From: a virus
Taxonomy: Duplodnaviria > Caudoviricetes
Direction: 5' to 3' (one strand)
IMG/VR virus record: IMGVR_UViG_3300020576_006967
Coordinates: 64,001-128,000 of that record
Length of the DNA stretch: 64,000 nt
Part shown: positions 37,243 to 47,920 of the stretch, one piece after another
How the letters are laid out: the number at the start of each line of letters is the position of its first letter
How positions within the stretch are numbered: position 1 is the first letter of the stretch
Program-made: the position numbers and the translations under genes
Notes under the pieces: generated by a model
What the model saw: only the letters and a program-made list of their open reading frames with translations
The model's database searches: none
What the model was told of the DNA's origin: nothing

Positions 37243-38109
37243 ATGTTCAAAATAAAAATTCACAAAGATAAAATCACTTATAACATATTTAACGAAGATT
37301 CAAACAAATGGGAAGAGCAAATAGACCTTGATAACTCTTCAATGTTATCAAAATATTTTAACAATGAAGTTGAAATATCTGAGGACGTTACTTTTGAAGA
37401 TGTTATGAACATTTTAGAAAGATTTGAAAATGATGTTAACTATTGTTTTGCCGCTTATAGTCAGTGTATTCCTTTAAAAACATATTTAAAGGAAATGCGA
37501 ACCGATATTACTCATGATTTAGAAATAGTTCAGATAGAACTTTTTAGAAAAGGTGAAATATCTGCTTCAGAATTTTCATTAAACAATTCAATAAGGGGTT
37601 TCATGTCTGAAGAAAGCGCCGAGCGCCTGGGCGAAGAAATTGACAAACCTTTGTCTGTTGACACATATCATGTAAATGCATTAAAAAAATCAAAATTTTA
37701 CTTAAACGATAATATAGTCATTGTTGATTACGGCAACCCATCTTCGAGTGTTAATAATGAAGAAAACATGATTTTCGACGGGTTTGCTAGTTGGACGCTA
37801 CACGATTTAATTTCAACTATAATGTCAGTTTTAACACAAAACGGAACCCCATCCGAGAGAGACTCTGTAAATGTTGGAAATAATTATAATTTTAATAGTA
37901 TATCCAAAAACAAAGAAGAGATAAAAATGTGGATAGGGCTTTTTGAAGAAGAGCTTAAAGACAAAAGAGATAACAAAGAAGAAGCAATATCGTGCGAGCG
38001 ATATGAAGATGCTCATTTAATAAATGGGCAAATATTGGATTTAAAAGAAAAAATTAAGGATTTAAAAAAGCAATTAAGCGAAATAAGCACAGACGAACAA
38101 ATTGCATAA
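37243..38109 (+). CDS. Hypothetical protein with C-terminal UVR-like coiled coil
   Basis: KEEAISCERYEDAHLI. Confidence 0.55.
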   Translation: MFKIKIHKDKITYNIFNEDSNKWEEQIDLDNSSMLSKYFNNEVEISEDVTFEDVMNILERFENDVNYCFAAYSQCIPLKTYLKEMRTDITHDLEIVQIELFRKGEISASEFSLNNSIRGFMSEESAERLGEEIDKPLSVDTYHVNALKKSKFYLNDNIVIVDYGNPSSSVNNEENMIFDGFASWTLHDLISTIMSVLTQNGTPSERDSVNVGNNYNFNSISKNKEEIKMWIGLFEEELKDKRDNKEEAISCERYEDAHLINGQILDLKEKIKDLKKQLSEISTDEQIA

Positions 38110-38115
38110 CGAAGA

Positions 38116-38391
38116 TTAGCCTAAATCTCTTAAATCTCTTTCGAAACCATGACCTTTTAGATCATCTGGTAAATCATCATCAGATTCAAGTTCCTCCATT
38201 TCGTTTTTTACTATATTATATACCATAGAGGCTGATTGGCCACGAAATTCTGTGTTTATAAAGCCATTGACAGCGTTAACTTTTTCGTTTGATGTCATTG
38301 TGTTTCCTGCTCCCCAAAGAAGATCAGCAAGAGCTATTTTAATCATGGTTTCATGTACTGCTTCTTTTATTATATTTTTTATTGGTTCCAA
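38116..38391 (-). CDS. Hypothetical protein, probable late gene
   Basis: TTG start downstream of a TATTTAT motif. Confidence 0.45.
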   Translation of the reverse strand: MEPIKNIIKEAVHETMIKIALADLLWGAGNTMTSNEKVNAVNGFINTEFRGQSASMVYNIVKNEMEELESDDDLPDDLKGHGFERDLRDLG

Positions 38392-38466
38392 GGCGTTTGT
38401 TTTTTTAATAAATAGTTGTTTTTTTGGTTGTTTTTGGTTATATTTTATAATACAAAAACATAAAAT

Positions 38467-38733
38467 ATGACACCAAGACCAGTACTTGAAAAAACAAGAA
38501 TTCCGATGCCAACAAGTCATTATTCTCTACAGAGACAAATAATGAATTACATTTCAGATGGAGACTTTAATGAGTTCCTAGAATTAAATCCAGCTGCAAA
38601 AGTTTATTACGAAGACCTAGACGAAAATCAGAAAAAACAATATTTGGAAGATTTCTGGTATTTTTATAACTTAGCAGCACGATCAATTAACTTTTTAGAT
38701 TACACACAATATCCAATACACGAAAAATTATGA
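38467..38733 (+). CDS. Hypothetical protein
   Basis: ORF track. Confidence 0.5.
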   Translation: MTPRPVLEKTRIPMPTSHYSLQRQIMNYISDGDFNEFLELNPAAKVYYEDLDENQKKQYLEDFWYFYNLAARSINFLDYTQYPIHEKL

Positions 38734-39431
38734 AATATTACCTATACACTTTTAGAGACACATTAGACGGTCACAAGCTTGTTGGTTTTAAAGTTTTTAC
38801 CGAAATAGAGAAAGACATAGAACTAACTAGAATAAAAAAGAATTTTAAAAACGGCGGAACAATTTACTTTGGAGAGGATGGCGATTACGAATATGAGTAC
38901 GATTCTTTAAGAGATTTGATGTCTAGCATTAAAATAAAAGAAATACACAACATTCAATACAATTCGATAAAAAGTTCTTTTGAATCTGGTGAATTTGGTT
39001 ATTTAGGACCACTTAATTGTCAACCAGAAGATGAATACTGCGAAAATTGTGGTGGCTTACTTGAAGAATGCGATCAAGACATGTGTGATTCATGCAGAGA
39101 AGACGAAGAAGATGAAGAGTGGGAAAATTGTTATAATAAGCAAGTGGTCAATTTAGCTAAAATGATTAAGACAGAGTTTAATCTTGAGGAAACTGGACGT
39201 GTAAATTTTGCTTCATATTTTTCTTGGAAGCCTACTTCTAAAACAGAAATTGAAATTAGCATTAAAACTTTTGATGATGGTGGAGAAGATGATGAAGTAG
39301 AAATCAATTTAAAATACAACAATAAAGATGTTGGCTATGAGTGCTATGGAATAGAAGATGCTGAATCAGATTTTGAGGACACTGTTAAAAAAACGGTAAA
39401 CAACTTTTTAAACAAATCAAGAAGTTACTAA
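38730..39431 (+). CDS. Acidic hypothetical protein with central zinc finger
   Basis: CENCG..CDSC. Confidence 0.55.
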   Translation: MKYYLYTFRDTLDGHKLVGFKVFTEIEKDIELTRIKKNFKNGGTIYFGEDGDYEYEYDSLRDLMSSIKIKEIHNIQYNSIKSSFESGEFGYLGPLNCQPEDEYCENCGGLLEECDQDMCDSCREDEEDEEWENCYNKQVVNLAKMIKTEFNLEETGRVNFASYFSWKPTSKTEIEISIKTFDDGGEDDEVEINLKYNNKDVGYECYGIEDAESDFEDTVKKTVNNFLNKSRSY

Positions 39432-40369
39432 TGAGTTATTACTTGCCATTACCAGATTGTGTAAAAATAAAAGAATCACCAATACATGGTTTTGGTTTGT
39501 ACGCAACAAAGAAAATATTCGCTGGAACCAATCTTGGTATTACGCATGTCAAAACAGATCTTAAAGAATTTCCAGATGGATGGATAAGAACTCCGCTTGG
39601 CGGTTTCTTTAATCACTCATCAAATCCAAATTGCGAAGTGCTACACGAAGAAAATTTTATTTTTTTAAAAACATTGGTGGACATCGAGCCTCTTGAAGAA
39701 ATTACAGCTTACTACACTTTATACAATCCAGAGAACGACAATAGGTTTGATGTTGCTATGGATTTTCTAAAAATTATTAAAGAGAAGTGTAAGTCTTTAG
39801 GCGTAAAATATTTATTTCCAATTACAAGTAAAGTTTCATATCCAGGATCTGGAGATATAAAGGTTTCTGGTTATTTCGATAATATTCCAGAACCAATATT
39901 GGCATGCGCTATCGGAAAACCTTTTTATCAGTGGTTAGAAATTTTGGTTCACGAATCTTGTCACATGGATCAGTGGTTGGAAAATAGTAGTTTGTGGTCA
40001 GATATTAGGAAAGATGGTATAGATTGCGACAAAAGAATGGACGAGTGGTTGGGAGGAAAAGAGTATGGAGTTGAAGAATATACGTATTTTATTAGGACCA
40101 TGCAGGCTGTTGAACTTGATTGCGAGAAAAGGTCTGTTGAAAAAATAATAAAACTTAATTTACCAATAAATGTTGAGGCTTATGTTAAAAAGGCAAATTC
40201 TTATTTGTTTTTCTATACAATTTTGCTACACACTAAAAAGTGGTGTGAAAACGCCCCATATAACGTTAAAGAGATTATAGAACAAATGCCAGGGCACTTC
40301 CTATCGTTTGATGAGTATGGAGCTGTTAGCGATGAAATTTTAAAAATTTACAAAGAAAATTGTTATTAA
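39431..40369 (+). CDS. SET-domain protein fused to HExxH-containing domain
   Basis: SPIHGFGLYA..NHSSNPNC..EEITAYY; LVHESCH..E. Confidence 0.75.
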   Translation: MSYYLPLPDCVKIKESPIHGFGLYATKKIFAGTNLGITHVKTDLKEFPDGWIRTPLGGFFNHSSNPNCEVLHEENFIFLKTLVDIEPLEEITAYYTLYNPENDNRFDVAMDFLKIIKEKCKSLGVKYLFPITSKVSYPGSGDIKVSGYFDNIPEPILACAIGKPFYQWLEILVHESCHMDQWLENSSLWSDIRKDGIDCDKRMDEWLGGKEYGVEEYTYFIRTMQAVELDCEKRSVEKIIKLNLPINVEAYVKKANSYLFFYTILLHTKKWCENAPYNVKEIIEQMPGHFLSFDEYGAVSDEILKIYKENCY

Positions 40370-40421
40370 TTGCAACCTTTAATGTTTGTTTGCGTATAAA
40401 CTATAAATATCTTTAACAACA

Positions 40422-40631
40422 ATGAAAAATAAAATTATACTATTTTTGGCTTTATTTGCCATGTTTATTTTAACATCTTGTCAAAAACAAGAAGAAACGT
40501 TAAACTTATACGGAGTTCAAGAAACAAACGCCTCTAAAACAACCCCACAAGCTTATTTGGCCTTTTTTGTTATTGCAACTATAGTCATTATCGTGATTAT
40601 GTGGTTTTATAAGAAAATTACAAAAAAATAG
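40422..40631 (+). CDS. Small lipoprotein with C-terminal TM
   Basis: LTSC lipobox; hydrophobic C-terminus. Confidence 0.6.
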   Translation: MKNKIILFLALFAMFILTSCQKQEETLNLYGVQETNASKTTPQAYLAFFVIATIVIIVIMWFYKKITKK

Positions 40632-40640
40632 CAAAAGCTT

Positions 40641-40937
40641 TTGAAAAAAAACCATCAAATATTTTCTGATTTACCATTAGAGATTGGCAAGCGATATAAA
40701 ACAAAGTTTGCCACTGGTGAATATTTTGTTGTAAGCAAAATAGAATACGTAGACAAAAAAGGCGCAAAAGTAAAGCACCCAATTGCTTTTGGCGTTTATG
40801 AAAACCATAAAAACATTGGGGAATGCCCTTTGCCAGCGGATAGAATAATACACGAAAAAAAATTTGAAAGAACTATAGAAATATGTGGCAAGTGTAAAAC
40901 TCCACTAGACGAAGACATCGAAATTGATGCTGAATAA
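40641..40937 (+). CDS. Hypothetical protein
   Basis: ORF track. Confidence 0.5.
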   Translation: MKKNHQIFSDLPLEIGKRYKTKFATGEYFVVSKIEYVDKKGAKVKHPIAFGVYENHKNIGECPLPADRIIHEKKFERTIEICGKCKTPLDEDIEIDAE

Positions 40938-40998
40938 TATAGTCTGGATATTTGATTTTTTGTTAATAATTCTTATCTTTGTATAATAAGTTAATAAA

Positions 40999-41196
40999 AT
41001 GAAAACACTTTGGAAAAATACTAATTTTTTTGAAAAAATTTGGATGATTGCAGCAGTCATGTATTCAATACAAATTGCGGCTGTTATATATAAATTTTGC
41101 GATAATTTTTTAGTTACTTTCTTTTTGTCAATACTTCCAAGTATTGGCGTTTTTGTATTTGGACTTATTATTGGCAGAATTTTAAAATATAAATAA
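40999..41196 (+). CDS. Small membrane protein
   Basis: 2 TM; after a TTTG..TATCTTTG promoter. Confidence 0.55.
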   Translation: MKTLWKNTNFFEKIWMIAAVMYSIQIAAVIYKFCDNFLVTFFLSILPSIGVFVFGLIIGRILKYK

Positions 41197-41198
41197 TT

Positions 41199-41489
41199 AT
41201 GGCAACAACAAAAAAATATATAGTTGGATTTTTGGACATAGTAGATGATGTTCCAGAAAAAGCGGTTTTTTTACACTCGAAAAGTGTTGATTGGGATAAA
41301 ATAGAAACCCAACCAGAAGACTTACCGAGATTAAAAAGAGCTGTTGGGTGCGGCTATGCACAATACATGCATTTTTTTGAAGTTGATAATAATGATTTTG
41401 AAGATCTTAAAACAGAGGGGTTTTTTAAATTAAACCTACTTGAGAGAATAAAAAAATTTAGCACCAAGCACAAATTGCAAACAGCATGA
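41199..41489 (+). CDS. Hypothetical protein
   Basis: ORF track. Confidence 0.5.
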   Translation: MATTKKYIVGFLDIVDDVPEKAVFLHSKSVDWDKIETQPEDLPRLKRAVGCGYAQYMHFFEVDNNDFEDLKTEGFFKLNLLERIKKFSTKHKLQTA

Positions 41490-41935
41490 ATTTGTACGTT
41501 TTAAAAATAAGGCCAAGCAGTAGGCTTGTAACTGAAACCAAATTAACACGTGAAGGTATTTGGATGGAAGGATTTGATCCGTCTGATTCAGCTTACGAAA
41601 TGTGCGTTGACGTTTTTTATACGTCAGAGGGTGATGGCTTTATTTTAAACGGCGGCAAAGAAAGAAGTATACTTGTTGGTGAGGAATTTCACAGAGAAAT
41701 GCTTCGCAAATATTCTTCTGAAGAGCTTTTAAAAGGTGTTGAAATTGATTCGCTTTTGTCTATTATAAACCCGCTGTCTTTGGATAAAGATGTTTTATTT
41801 GAAGAAGAGGTTAGGGATATTGCGAGTAAAATTGTAGACGAAACAGACTATATTAATTCTAAAGAAGATTTGTTTAATTTAATATGCAAAGAAATATCCG
41901 CACTAAAAGATAAATTCAAAATACAGCCAAAATGA
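41486..41935 (+). CDS. Hypothetical protein
   Basis: ORF track. Confidence 0.5.
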   Translation: MNLYVLKIRPSSRLVTETKLTREGIWMEGFDPSDSAYEMCVDVFYTSEGDGFILNGGKERSILVGEEFHREMLRKYSSEELLKGVEIDSLLSIINPLSLDKDVLFEEEVRDIASKIVDETDYINSKEDLFNLICKEISALKDKFKIQPK

Positions 41936-42351
41936 GTGAAATCACCTTGTGGGCAATAGATCCAAGCTATTTGGATAATTTTGCTTTAAAAAAATGTTGG
42001 AATGACGCAAATGAAGTAAAAAACTTGATTATAAGCAAACGCCATCAAAATGTTTGCACAATGTTTTCAAAAGGTCATGAGCTTGGCCAAATTAAATCTT
42101 ATTTGTTTTTTATATATCTGGAAGGCGTTAAAAGAGGTCTTAGTTTCGAAAGCTATGTAATAGACCCAAAAATTCTTAGGTTTGCGCAAAAAATTGGAGA
42201 GATAAGACCAATAAGCATTCCTGAATCTAGATTAAAAAAAGAGAGACAAACTTTTTTAAGTGCGCTTAAACAAAGAGATTCCCATAAATTTTCTCAATTA
42301 ATACAAATCACAAAATTCGACAAACACTCAAGTTTCAAAATAGAAGAATGA
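41932..42351 (+). CDS. Pyrimidine-dimer DNA glycosylase (DenV-like), divergent
   Basis: LWAIDPSYLD..L..CW..YL..I..EG.KRG..F..L..RD pattern. Confidence 0.5.
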   Translation: MSEITLWAIDPSYLDNFALKKCWNDANEVKNLIISKRHQNVCTMFSKGHELGQIKSYLFFIYLEGVKRGLSFESYVIDPKILRFAQKIGEIRPISIPESRLKKERQTFLSALKQRDSHKFSQLIQITKFDKHSSFKIEE

Positions 42352-42605
42352 AAGATAAAAAATTTATTTTAGGATTAAACACTGAAAACATTAATTTAAA
42401 AGGTGTTCAAGATATCCTGGTTAAAAACGGATGGTTTTTTAAATATGTTCAAGTTGGTAATAAGGTGAGAATTAAAGTTTATCTTCTTGAAGAAGATTTT
42501 GATTTTTTTAAAGAGGATCCTTTTTATACCGTAAGAGCCAACACAAAAGAAGAAGCGTTTAAATTGTTTTTAATAGATACCAAAGAAAAATATGGACTTA
42601 TCTGA
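42348..42605 (+). CDS. Hypothetical protein
   Basis: ORF track. Confidence 0.5.
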   Translation: MKDKKFILGLNTENINLKGVQDILVKNGWFFKYVQVGNKVRIKVYLLEEDFDFFKEDPFYTVRANTKEEAFKLFLIDTKEKYGLI

Positions 42606-42954
42606 AGAAAATAGAGTTATGTGCGATAAACGCATTGCGTATTTTCTCGGATGGAGAATTGACAATTCTTTTCCAGACAAAAATCGTGTTTGGCGGTTGG
42701 GAAACAACGTGGAGTTGGACTCAACATTCAAGTTTTCAAATGATTATGAGGCATTGATGAATGTTGTTGAAAAAATTGAAGATCTTGGTTTTATTTTTAT
42801 GATAAATAAAGCATGTGTAAGAGTTTACAGAACACAGGAAGAAAAAGTTTTTGGAAATCTTATAGAAATAGATTCGCCATCAATAAAAGATAAAAGAACG
42901 GCCATATATTTGGCTGTAGCCGAATTTTGTAGGATTAATTTAGAATTAAAATAA
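42592..42954 (+). CDS. Hypothetical phage protein
   Basis: LMNVVEKIE..AIYLAVAEF. Confidence 0.55.
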   Translation: MDLSEENRVMCDKRIAYFLGWRIDNSFPDKNRVWRLGNNVELDSTFKFSNDYEALMNVVEKIEDLGFIFMINKACVRVYRTQEEKVFGNLIEIDSPSIKDKRTAIYLAVAEFCRINLELK

Positions 42955-42965
42955 AACAATCTGTT

Positions 42966-43376
42966 ATGAGCGAAGTAAAAAAAATAAATGAGTTTATCGC
43001 ACAAAGCGGAGTCCAATTTGATATTATCTTAAGAAGAGAATCAGGTGAAAGTTTTAATTTTCATGTTAAAGGCCCTGAAGAATTTCCAGAAATATTAGAT
43101 TACAAAGAGACAATATTTTCAACACACGAGCATGAAGGGATTATAAGAATCATAAAAAGAGTGTGCGACGATTCTGTTTTTCATCAATCAGATATTGTGG
43201 AAATAGAAGGAGTTGGCACTTGTTTTATTGTTGAGTTTTGTGAAGATCTTATACACTGTTTTGTAGTTGATTTAGATAATACAAAGCGTAAGGTTGAAGT
43301 AAATAATTTAATTGAAGTTGTGTCAGAAGAAAGAGGTGAAGCTCCCGAATTTGGGCTTGATAGTTTATCTTTATGA
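42966..43376 (+). CDS. Hypothetical protein
   Basis: ORF track. Confidence 0.5.
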   Translation: MSEVKKINEFIAQSGVQFDIILRRESGESFNFHVKGPEEFPEILDYKETIFSTHEHEGIIRIIKRVCDDSVFHQSDIVEIEGVGTCFIVEFCEDLIHCFVVDLDNTKRKVEVNNLIEVVSEERGEAPEFGLDSLSL

Positions 43377-43780
43377 ATGAAATACAAAAACAAATAACAT
43401 CTGGCAAAATTTGCACCTACTGCAAAAAACCAACTGTGTTTGTAGACACGTATGAAGTTTATGGTAAAAGTTTTGGAAAACTATATTTGTGCAGAGATTG
43501 TAAAGCGTGGGTTGGAACCCACAAAGACACAGAACAAGCATTGGGCTCAGTTGCTAATAGTGAGCTAAGAGATTGGAGAAAAGAGGCTCATGCTCATTTT
43601 GATAAACTTTGGCTTAGAAAAATAAAAAAAGACAACTGTTCAAAAACAAAAGCTAGAGTTGCCGCTTATAAATGGCTGTCTGAAAAACTTGGGTTACCAG
43701 TAGCTGAAACACATATAAGTTGGTTTAACATAGATATGTGCATGCGTGTAGTGGAAATTTGCAAACCTTATTCTTCATGA
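43373..43780 (+). CDS. DUF3268-like zinc-finger protein
   Basis: CTYC..CRDCKAWVGTH..LG.VAN.ELR..AH..FD.LW..HI. Confidence 0.7.
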   Translation: MNEIQKQITSGKICTYCKKPTVFVDTYEVYGKSFGKLYLCRDCKAWVGTHKDTEQALGSVANSELRDWRKEAHAHFDKLWLRKIKKDNCSKTKARVAAYKWLSEKLGLPVAETHISWFNIDMCMRVVEICKPYSS

Positions 43781-44040
43781 TAGTGCTTTTACTTAAAATG
43801 AACGGCGAACATACTGAATTGATTAACATTGCAGCAAGAGTGCTTGGTGATTTTTCACACTATGATGAATTGAGTATATATGAACAAAAAGATCAATTTG
43901 AAATTATTACAACCTCATTTAAAAAAAGATATGTTACAAGAACATATATTGGCAAATATAGATGGAGAGTTTTAAGGGCATATTACAAAAAATTTGAAGA
44001 AGATGAAGTGGAGCTATATTTAAGAAAAACAAAAACATGA
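43777..44040 (+). CDS. Hypothetical protein
   Basis: ORF track, coupled start. Confidence 0.45.
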   Translation: MIVLLLKMNGEHTELINIAARVLGDFSHYDELSIYEQKDQFEIITTSFKKRYVTRTYIGKYRWRVLRAYYKKFEEDEVELYLRKTKT

Positions 44041-44194
44041 AACGCATAAAAAACATTGCCCAATACGCAGTTAAGTACAATAACAAGCTAATGAGGCTTA
44101 ATCCAATTCCGCCATTTGTTATGCTCTTGTTATTAATAGCAATTGGCATTTTGTCTTATTTCAAAAACAAACATTTTTTTTAACTGCAATAATT

Positions 44195-44839
44195 ATGGAA
44201 AACGAAACTTATAACATTCTGAAAGACCCAGAACAACCAACAATAGGCATGGAAATGCAAGGTAGAAAATCAATGTTTGACTTCTTTGGGCCAACCATGA
44301 TAGTACAAAAAATACAAGCTCTCGAATTTAAAGATGGAAAAATGTGGCGTAGGCCACAAAATATAGAATTTGTAAACGGAGAACTTCCAGACAAAGAGGG
44401 GTGTGATGAATTGATAATGCACTCACATAAAACAAGAGTTGGTGTGCATTGGCTTTGTTGGGTAAATTTCAAAAAATTCAATGTTGATAAATTTTTGGAA
44501 GAACTTTACGCAATGGATCAAAGTGAAAGCGGAGCTATAAAACTTTGTGGAAAAGCTCATGAAACAATGAGCATATCTTCTCAATACGAAATTTGGGAAG
44601 AGTTGTTTGACAAAATAGATGTTGATAAAATTAACACATCTGGTTTAGCTTCATTTTTTGTATCTGCTAAATCTCACAGGGAATTTATAAAAAATTACAA
44701 TCCATTTGTTGATAGAGTAATCGAAACTTGTGCAAAAGAAGACCCAGAAAAAGGAAAGGATTATTACGATATTGCATTTGGAAAATTTAAATTTACTGGC
44801 GAAGAAAAAAAAGACATATTCGACGACTTATTGAGCTAA
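44195..44839 (+). CDS. Hypothetical protein
   Basis: ORF track. Confidence 0.55.
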   Translation: MENETYNILKDPEQPTIGMEMQGRKSMFDFFGPTMIVQKIQALEFKDGKMWRRPQNIEFVNGELPDKEGCDELIMHSHKTRVGVHWLCWVNFKKFNVDKFLEELYAMDQSESGAIKLCGKAHETMSISSQYEIWEELFDKIDVDKINTSGLASFFVSAKSHREFIKNYNPFVDRVIETCAKEDPEKGKDYYDIAFGKFKFTGEEKKDIFDDLLS

Positions 44840-45121
44840 ATATGGAAAAGTTAGATAAAGAAAATATGATAAAATCAATACAGTCAAGAATTGAGGCTGA
44901 ATATATGAAGCACAAAAAATTGGATTGGGCACAAATAGCTGCAATAAAAATAGTGTCAAATATTGAATATTATTATGATGTAAACAAGAAAAAAGATGTT
45001 GACTAAAACAGAAAAATTTTTGTTTGCAGTCATGATTATATTGTCAATAGCTGAAGCTGTATTATATGGCATTGAGGCTTATATTAATTACCAACAATGT
45101 CCAACGTGTTATTAAACCAGA

Positions 45122-47920
45122 ATGAGTTATATTTACAGCGTATTTCAGAAAGCAATTTTTAATTTTTTATTACATGGAATGGGTAATGCCGTTATTTCTG
45201 CTGTGGCTGGAAGTGGTAAAACAACAACCATTCAAGAGTGTTTGACCTTAATTCCATCAGATAAAAGTGTGTTATACATGGCGTTTAACGTTGAGACGGT
45301 TAATAAAGTTAAAATCAAATACGTTTCAAATACGAATATTAAATTTAAAACTTCTCATGGTATTGGATATGCGGCATTATTAAAACATGACAGCTCCATT
45401 GAACTAGATGAATATAAATATTCTAAAATGATACGTAATATTCATCACTATATTTTAGAAGGCAAATCAAACAAAATAAAAGAATACGGTTTCACTCCCG
45501 AAATTTTAAGAGATCTCCAAGAGTTTAGAGCTGATAGTGAGCTGCCAGATTACGATAGCTTAGAAAATTTTCAAGATAGAATAAAATCTCTTTGTTCTCT
45601 GGCAAGAGGCATGCTTGTGTATAATTGTGAAGAACTAGAAATGATAGCTAGGACTTACGATATTGATTATAGCAATGGCGAATGTCGCATTGCTCTTTTA
45701 TTGGTTAGTCTTGGTGAATACTATTCATCAAAGGTTGATTATACTGACATGATTTATTTTCCAAATAGATTTAATTTAAAAACAGATCAATACGATTTTG
45801 TATTTGTTGATGAGTGCCAGGATTTAAATAAGGCCCAGAGATTACTAATGCTTAAATCTTTAAAACCAAATGGCAGATTTATTGCTGTTGGCGACCCTTG
45901 TCAACCCGAAGGCACAACTGTACAGGTTGTTATTAAAAAAGCTGACAGATGGAATAAAGCAATTATAATTGATAAAAAAATAGAAGATTTAACTTTAGAA
46001 GATAAAGTTGTGTCAGCTGATTTTAGAAGTTCTTCTTTTGTGTATGGTAGAAAAATTTTAGGTATAACCAAAAAAGAATATCAAGGAGATTTAATAAAGG
46101 TTGATTTGCCATCTGGCAAGTCAAGTAAATATACAATAAACCATCATTGTGTAGCTGATTTTAAATCAGTATCGCACAAATATGCTGTGTATATGATGAA
46201 AAGAGGTGATAATTTTAGGGTAGGTAGAAGTAAATTAGATTATGGAAATACTGGATCTGGTGTTTCAGTAAGGGCTAGAACTGAAAAAGCTGAAAGTTTT
46301 TGGATTCTAGATGTTTATGATACAAAAGAAGAGTGCGCCTTAATGGAAAAAGCAATCTCTGGAAAATTTGGTATTCCAGAGATAACTTTTGAACCTTCTT
46401 ATAGTAGTTCTGATAGAATTATATTTAATAAAGAATTTTTAGATAAAGCATGGAAATATTTATCTGATACACATCTAATGGAAAGAGCAGAAAGGTGTTT
46501 GACAGAATTTGGAAGAGATATTCGTTATCCATTTTTTTCATTAGACAATAAAAAACAAAAAACATTTAAAAGACCAATTGTCGTTCATGCTTGTAATTTA
46601 TTAGATGGTTGTTTAATGCTCCCTTTTAACAAACAAAATGGTAGCCATTACAAAAAAACACAGTGGGAACAAATAAAAATTAAAAGAGAAAAATACTCTG
46701 GTTTTGTTTATAGTTTATCTGTTGAAAAAGAGAGCTTATATGTTGCTGACAATATTTTAACGCATAATTGTCAAGCAATTTATGGCTTCGCTGGCGCAGA
46801 TTTTATAAGTTTTAAACAGTTTGTTAAAATACCTAACACCATAGAGCTTCCGCTTTCTGTGTGCTACAGGTGCGACAGCGAAATAATAGATTTAGCTAAG
46901 ACTTTGGTTCCACACATAGAGTTTTTCGATAAGAATGCTAAAGGAGTTGTAGATAATGAGGCTAAAAAAGAAAACATAAAAAGTGGAGATATGGTACTTT
47001 GCAGAACAAATTATCCTCTTATAAAAATGTGTCTTGATTATTTAAAGGTTGGAGTAAAGGCTCATGTGAGAGGTAGAGATATTGGAAAAAATATTGTTGA
47101 CATTTTAAAGAAAAGTAAAACCGAAGATCTATCTGCGCTGTTTAGTTACGTGTATACAGATTTAGAAAAGATTAAAAAAAGAGTACAAGACAAGCACGGT
47201 CTTAGCTTTTCAGAAGCACAAGAGCACCCAACTTATGTTGCCTATAAAGAAAAAATAGAAATCATAGAACTTTTATCTGCTGAAGCAAAAACGGTTAACG
47301 ATATAGTTTTAAAAATAGAACAAATATTTTCAGACGACAATGACGACGGGATTCAATTAAGTACAATACACAAAGCTAAAGGTTTAGAAAGCGACAATGT
47401 TTTTATCATACACAGAGAGCTTCTTGGTTCTATGTATTCTGGCCCAAACTCACAAGAAGACAATATAATGTATGTAGCCTATACAAGAGCAAAACACTAT
47501 CTTGGTTTTGTTATTGATTTTAGTGCATATAAAGACAAAAAACAACATGATAAATCTGGTGAGGCAAAAATTATCCCTAAATCAAATTTTGTAGGAACTC
47601 TAAATGAAAAAATGTTTATTGATTTAACATTAAGAAACACGGTGGTTTCACAAGATGGTAAATATACAATTTATAAATTTGTGGATGAGTTTGGCAATAT
47701 TTTTTCTAAATTTGCTCCAGTTCCAGAAGAGTTTCTTTCTGGGAAAACTTTTAGATGTTGTATAAAAATAACAAAGCATAACGAATTTAAAGGCGTAAAA
47801 GATAATACCGTTTCGTATATGGAGACAGAAGCGGATGCAAAAGCCAGAGATGAAGAAGTTGAAAGAAAAAGAATTAGTAAGCTTACTTTAAAAAAAAAAG
47901 AAAAAAAACCAAAATTTTAA
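45122..47920 (+). CDS. UvrD/Rep-like SF1A helicase containing an intein
   Basis: AVAGSGKT, VDECQD, VGDP[intein]CQAIYGF, STIHKAKGLE, YVAYTRA. Confidence 0.88.
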   Translation: MSYIYSVFQKAIFNFLLHGMGNAVISAVAGSGKTTTIQECLTLIPSDKSVLYMAFNVETVNKVKIKYVSNTNIKFKTSHGIGYAALLKHDSSIELDEYKYSKMIRNIHHYILEGKSNKIKEYGFTPEILRDLQEFRADSELPDYDSLENFQDRIKSLCSLARGMLVYNCEELEMIARTYDIDYSNGECRIALLLVSLGEYYSSKVDYTDMIYFPNRFNLKTDQYDFVFVDECQDLNKAQRLLMLKSLKPNGRFIAVGDPCQPEGTTVQVVIKKADRWNKAIIIDKKIEDLTLEDKVVSADFRSSSFVYGRKILGITKKEYQGDLIKVDLPSGKSSKYTINHHCVADFKSVSHKYAVYMMKRGDNFRVGRSKLDYGNTGSGVSVRARTEKAESFWILDVYDTKEECALMEKAISGKFGIPEITFEPSYSSSDRIIFNKEFLDKAWKYLSDTHLMERAERCLTEFGRDIRYPFFSLDNKKQKTFKRPIVVHACNLLDGCLMLPFNKQNGSHYKKTQWEQIKIKREKYSGFVYSLSVEKESLYVADNILTHNCQAIYGFAGADFISFKQFVKIPNTIELPLSVCYRCDSEIIDLAKTLVPHIEFFDKNAKGVVDNEAKKENIKSGDMVLCRTNYPLIKMCLDYLKVGVKAHVRGRDIGKNIVDILKKSKTEDLSALFSYVYTDLEKIKKRVQDKHGLSFSEAQEHPTYVAYKEKIEIIELLSAEAKTVNDIVLKIEQIFSDDNDDGIQLSTIHKAKGLESDNVFIIHRELLGSMYSGPNSQEDNIMYVAYTRAKHYLGFVIDFSAYKDKKQHDKSGEAKIIPKSNFVGTLNEKMFIDLTLRNTVVSQDGKYTIYKFVDEFGNIFSKFAPVPEEFLSGKTFRCCIKITKHNEFKGVKDNTVSYMETEADAKARDEEVERKRISKLTLKKKEKKPKF
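45899..46768 (+). mobile_element. Intein (290 aa) in helicase motif III
   Basis: Starts CQPEGT; block B TINH; block F VYSLSV; ends ILTHN followed by Cys. Confidence 0.9.
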
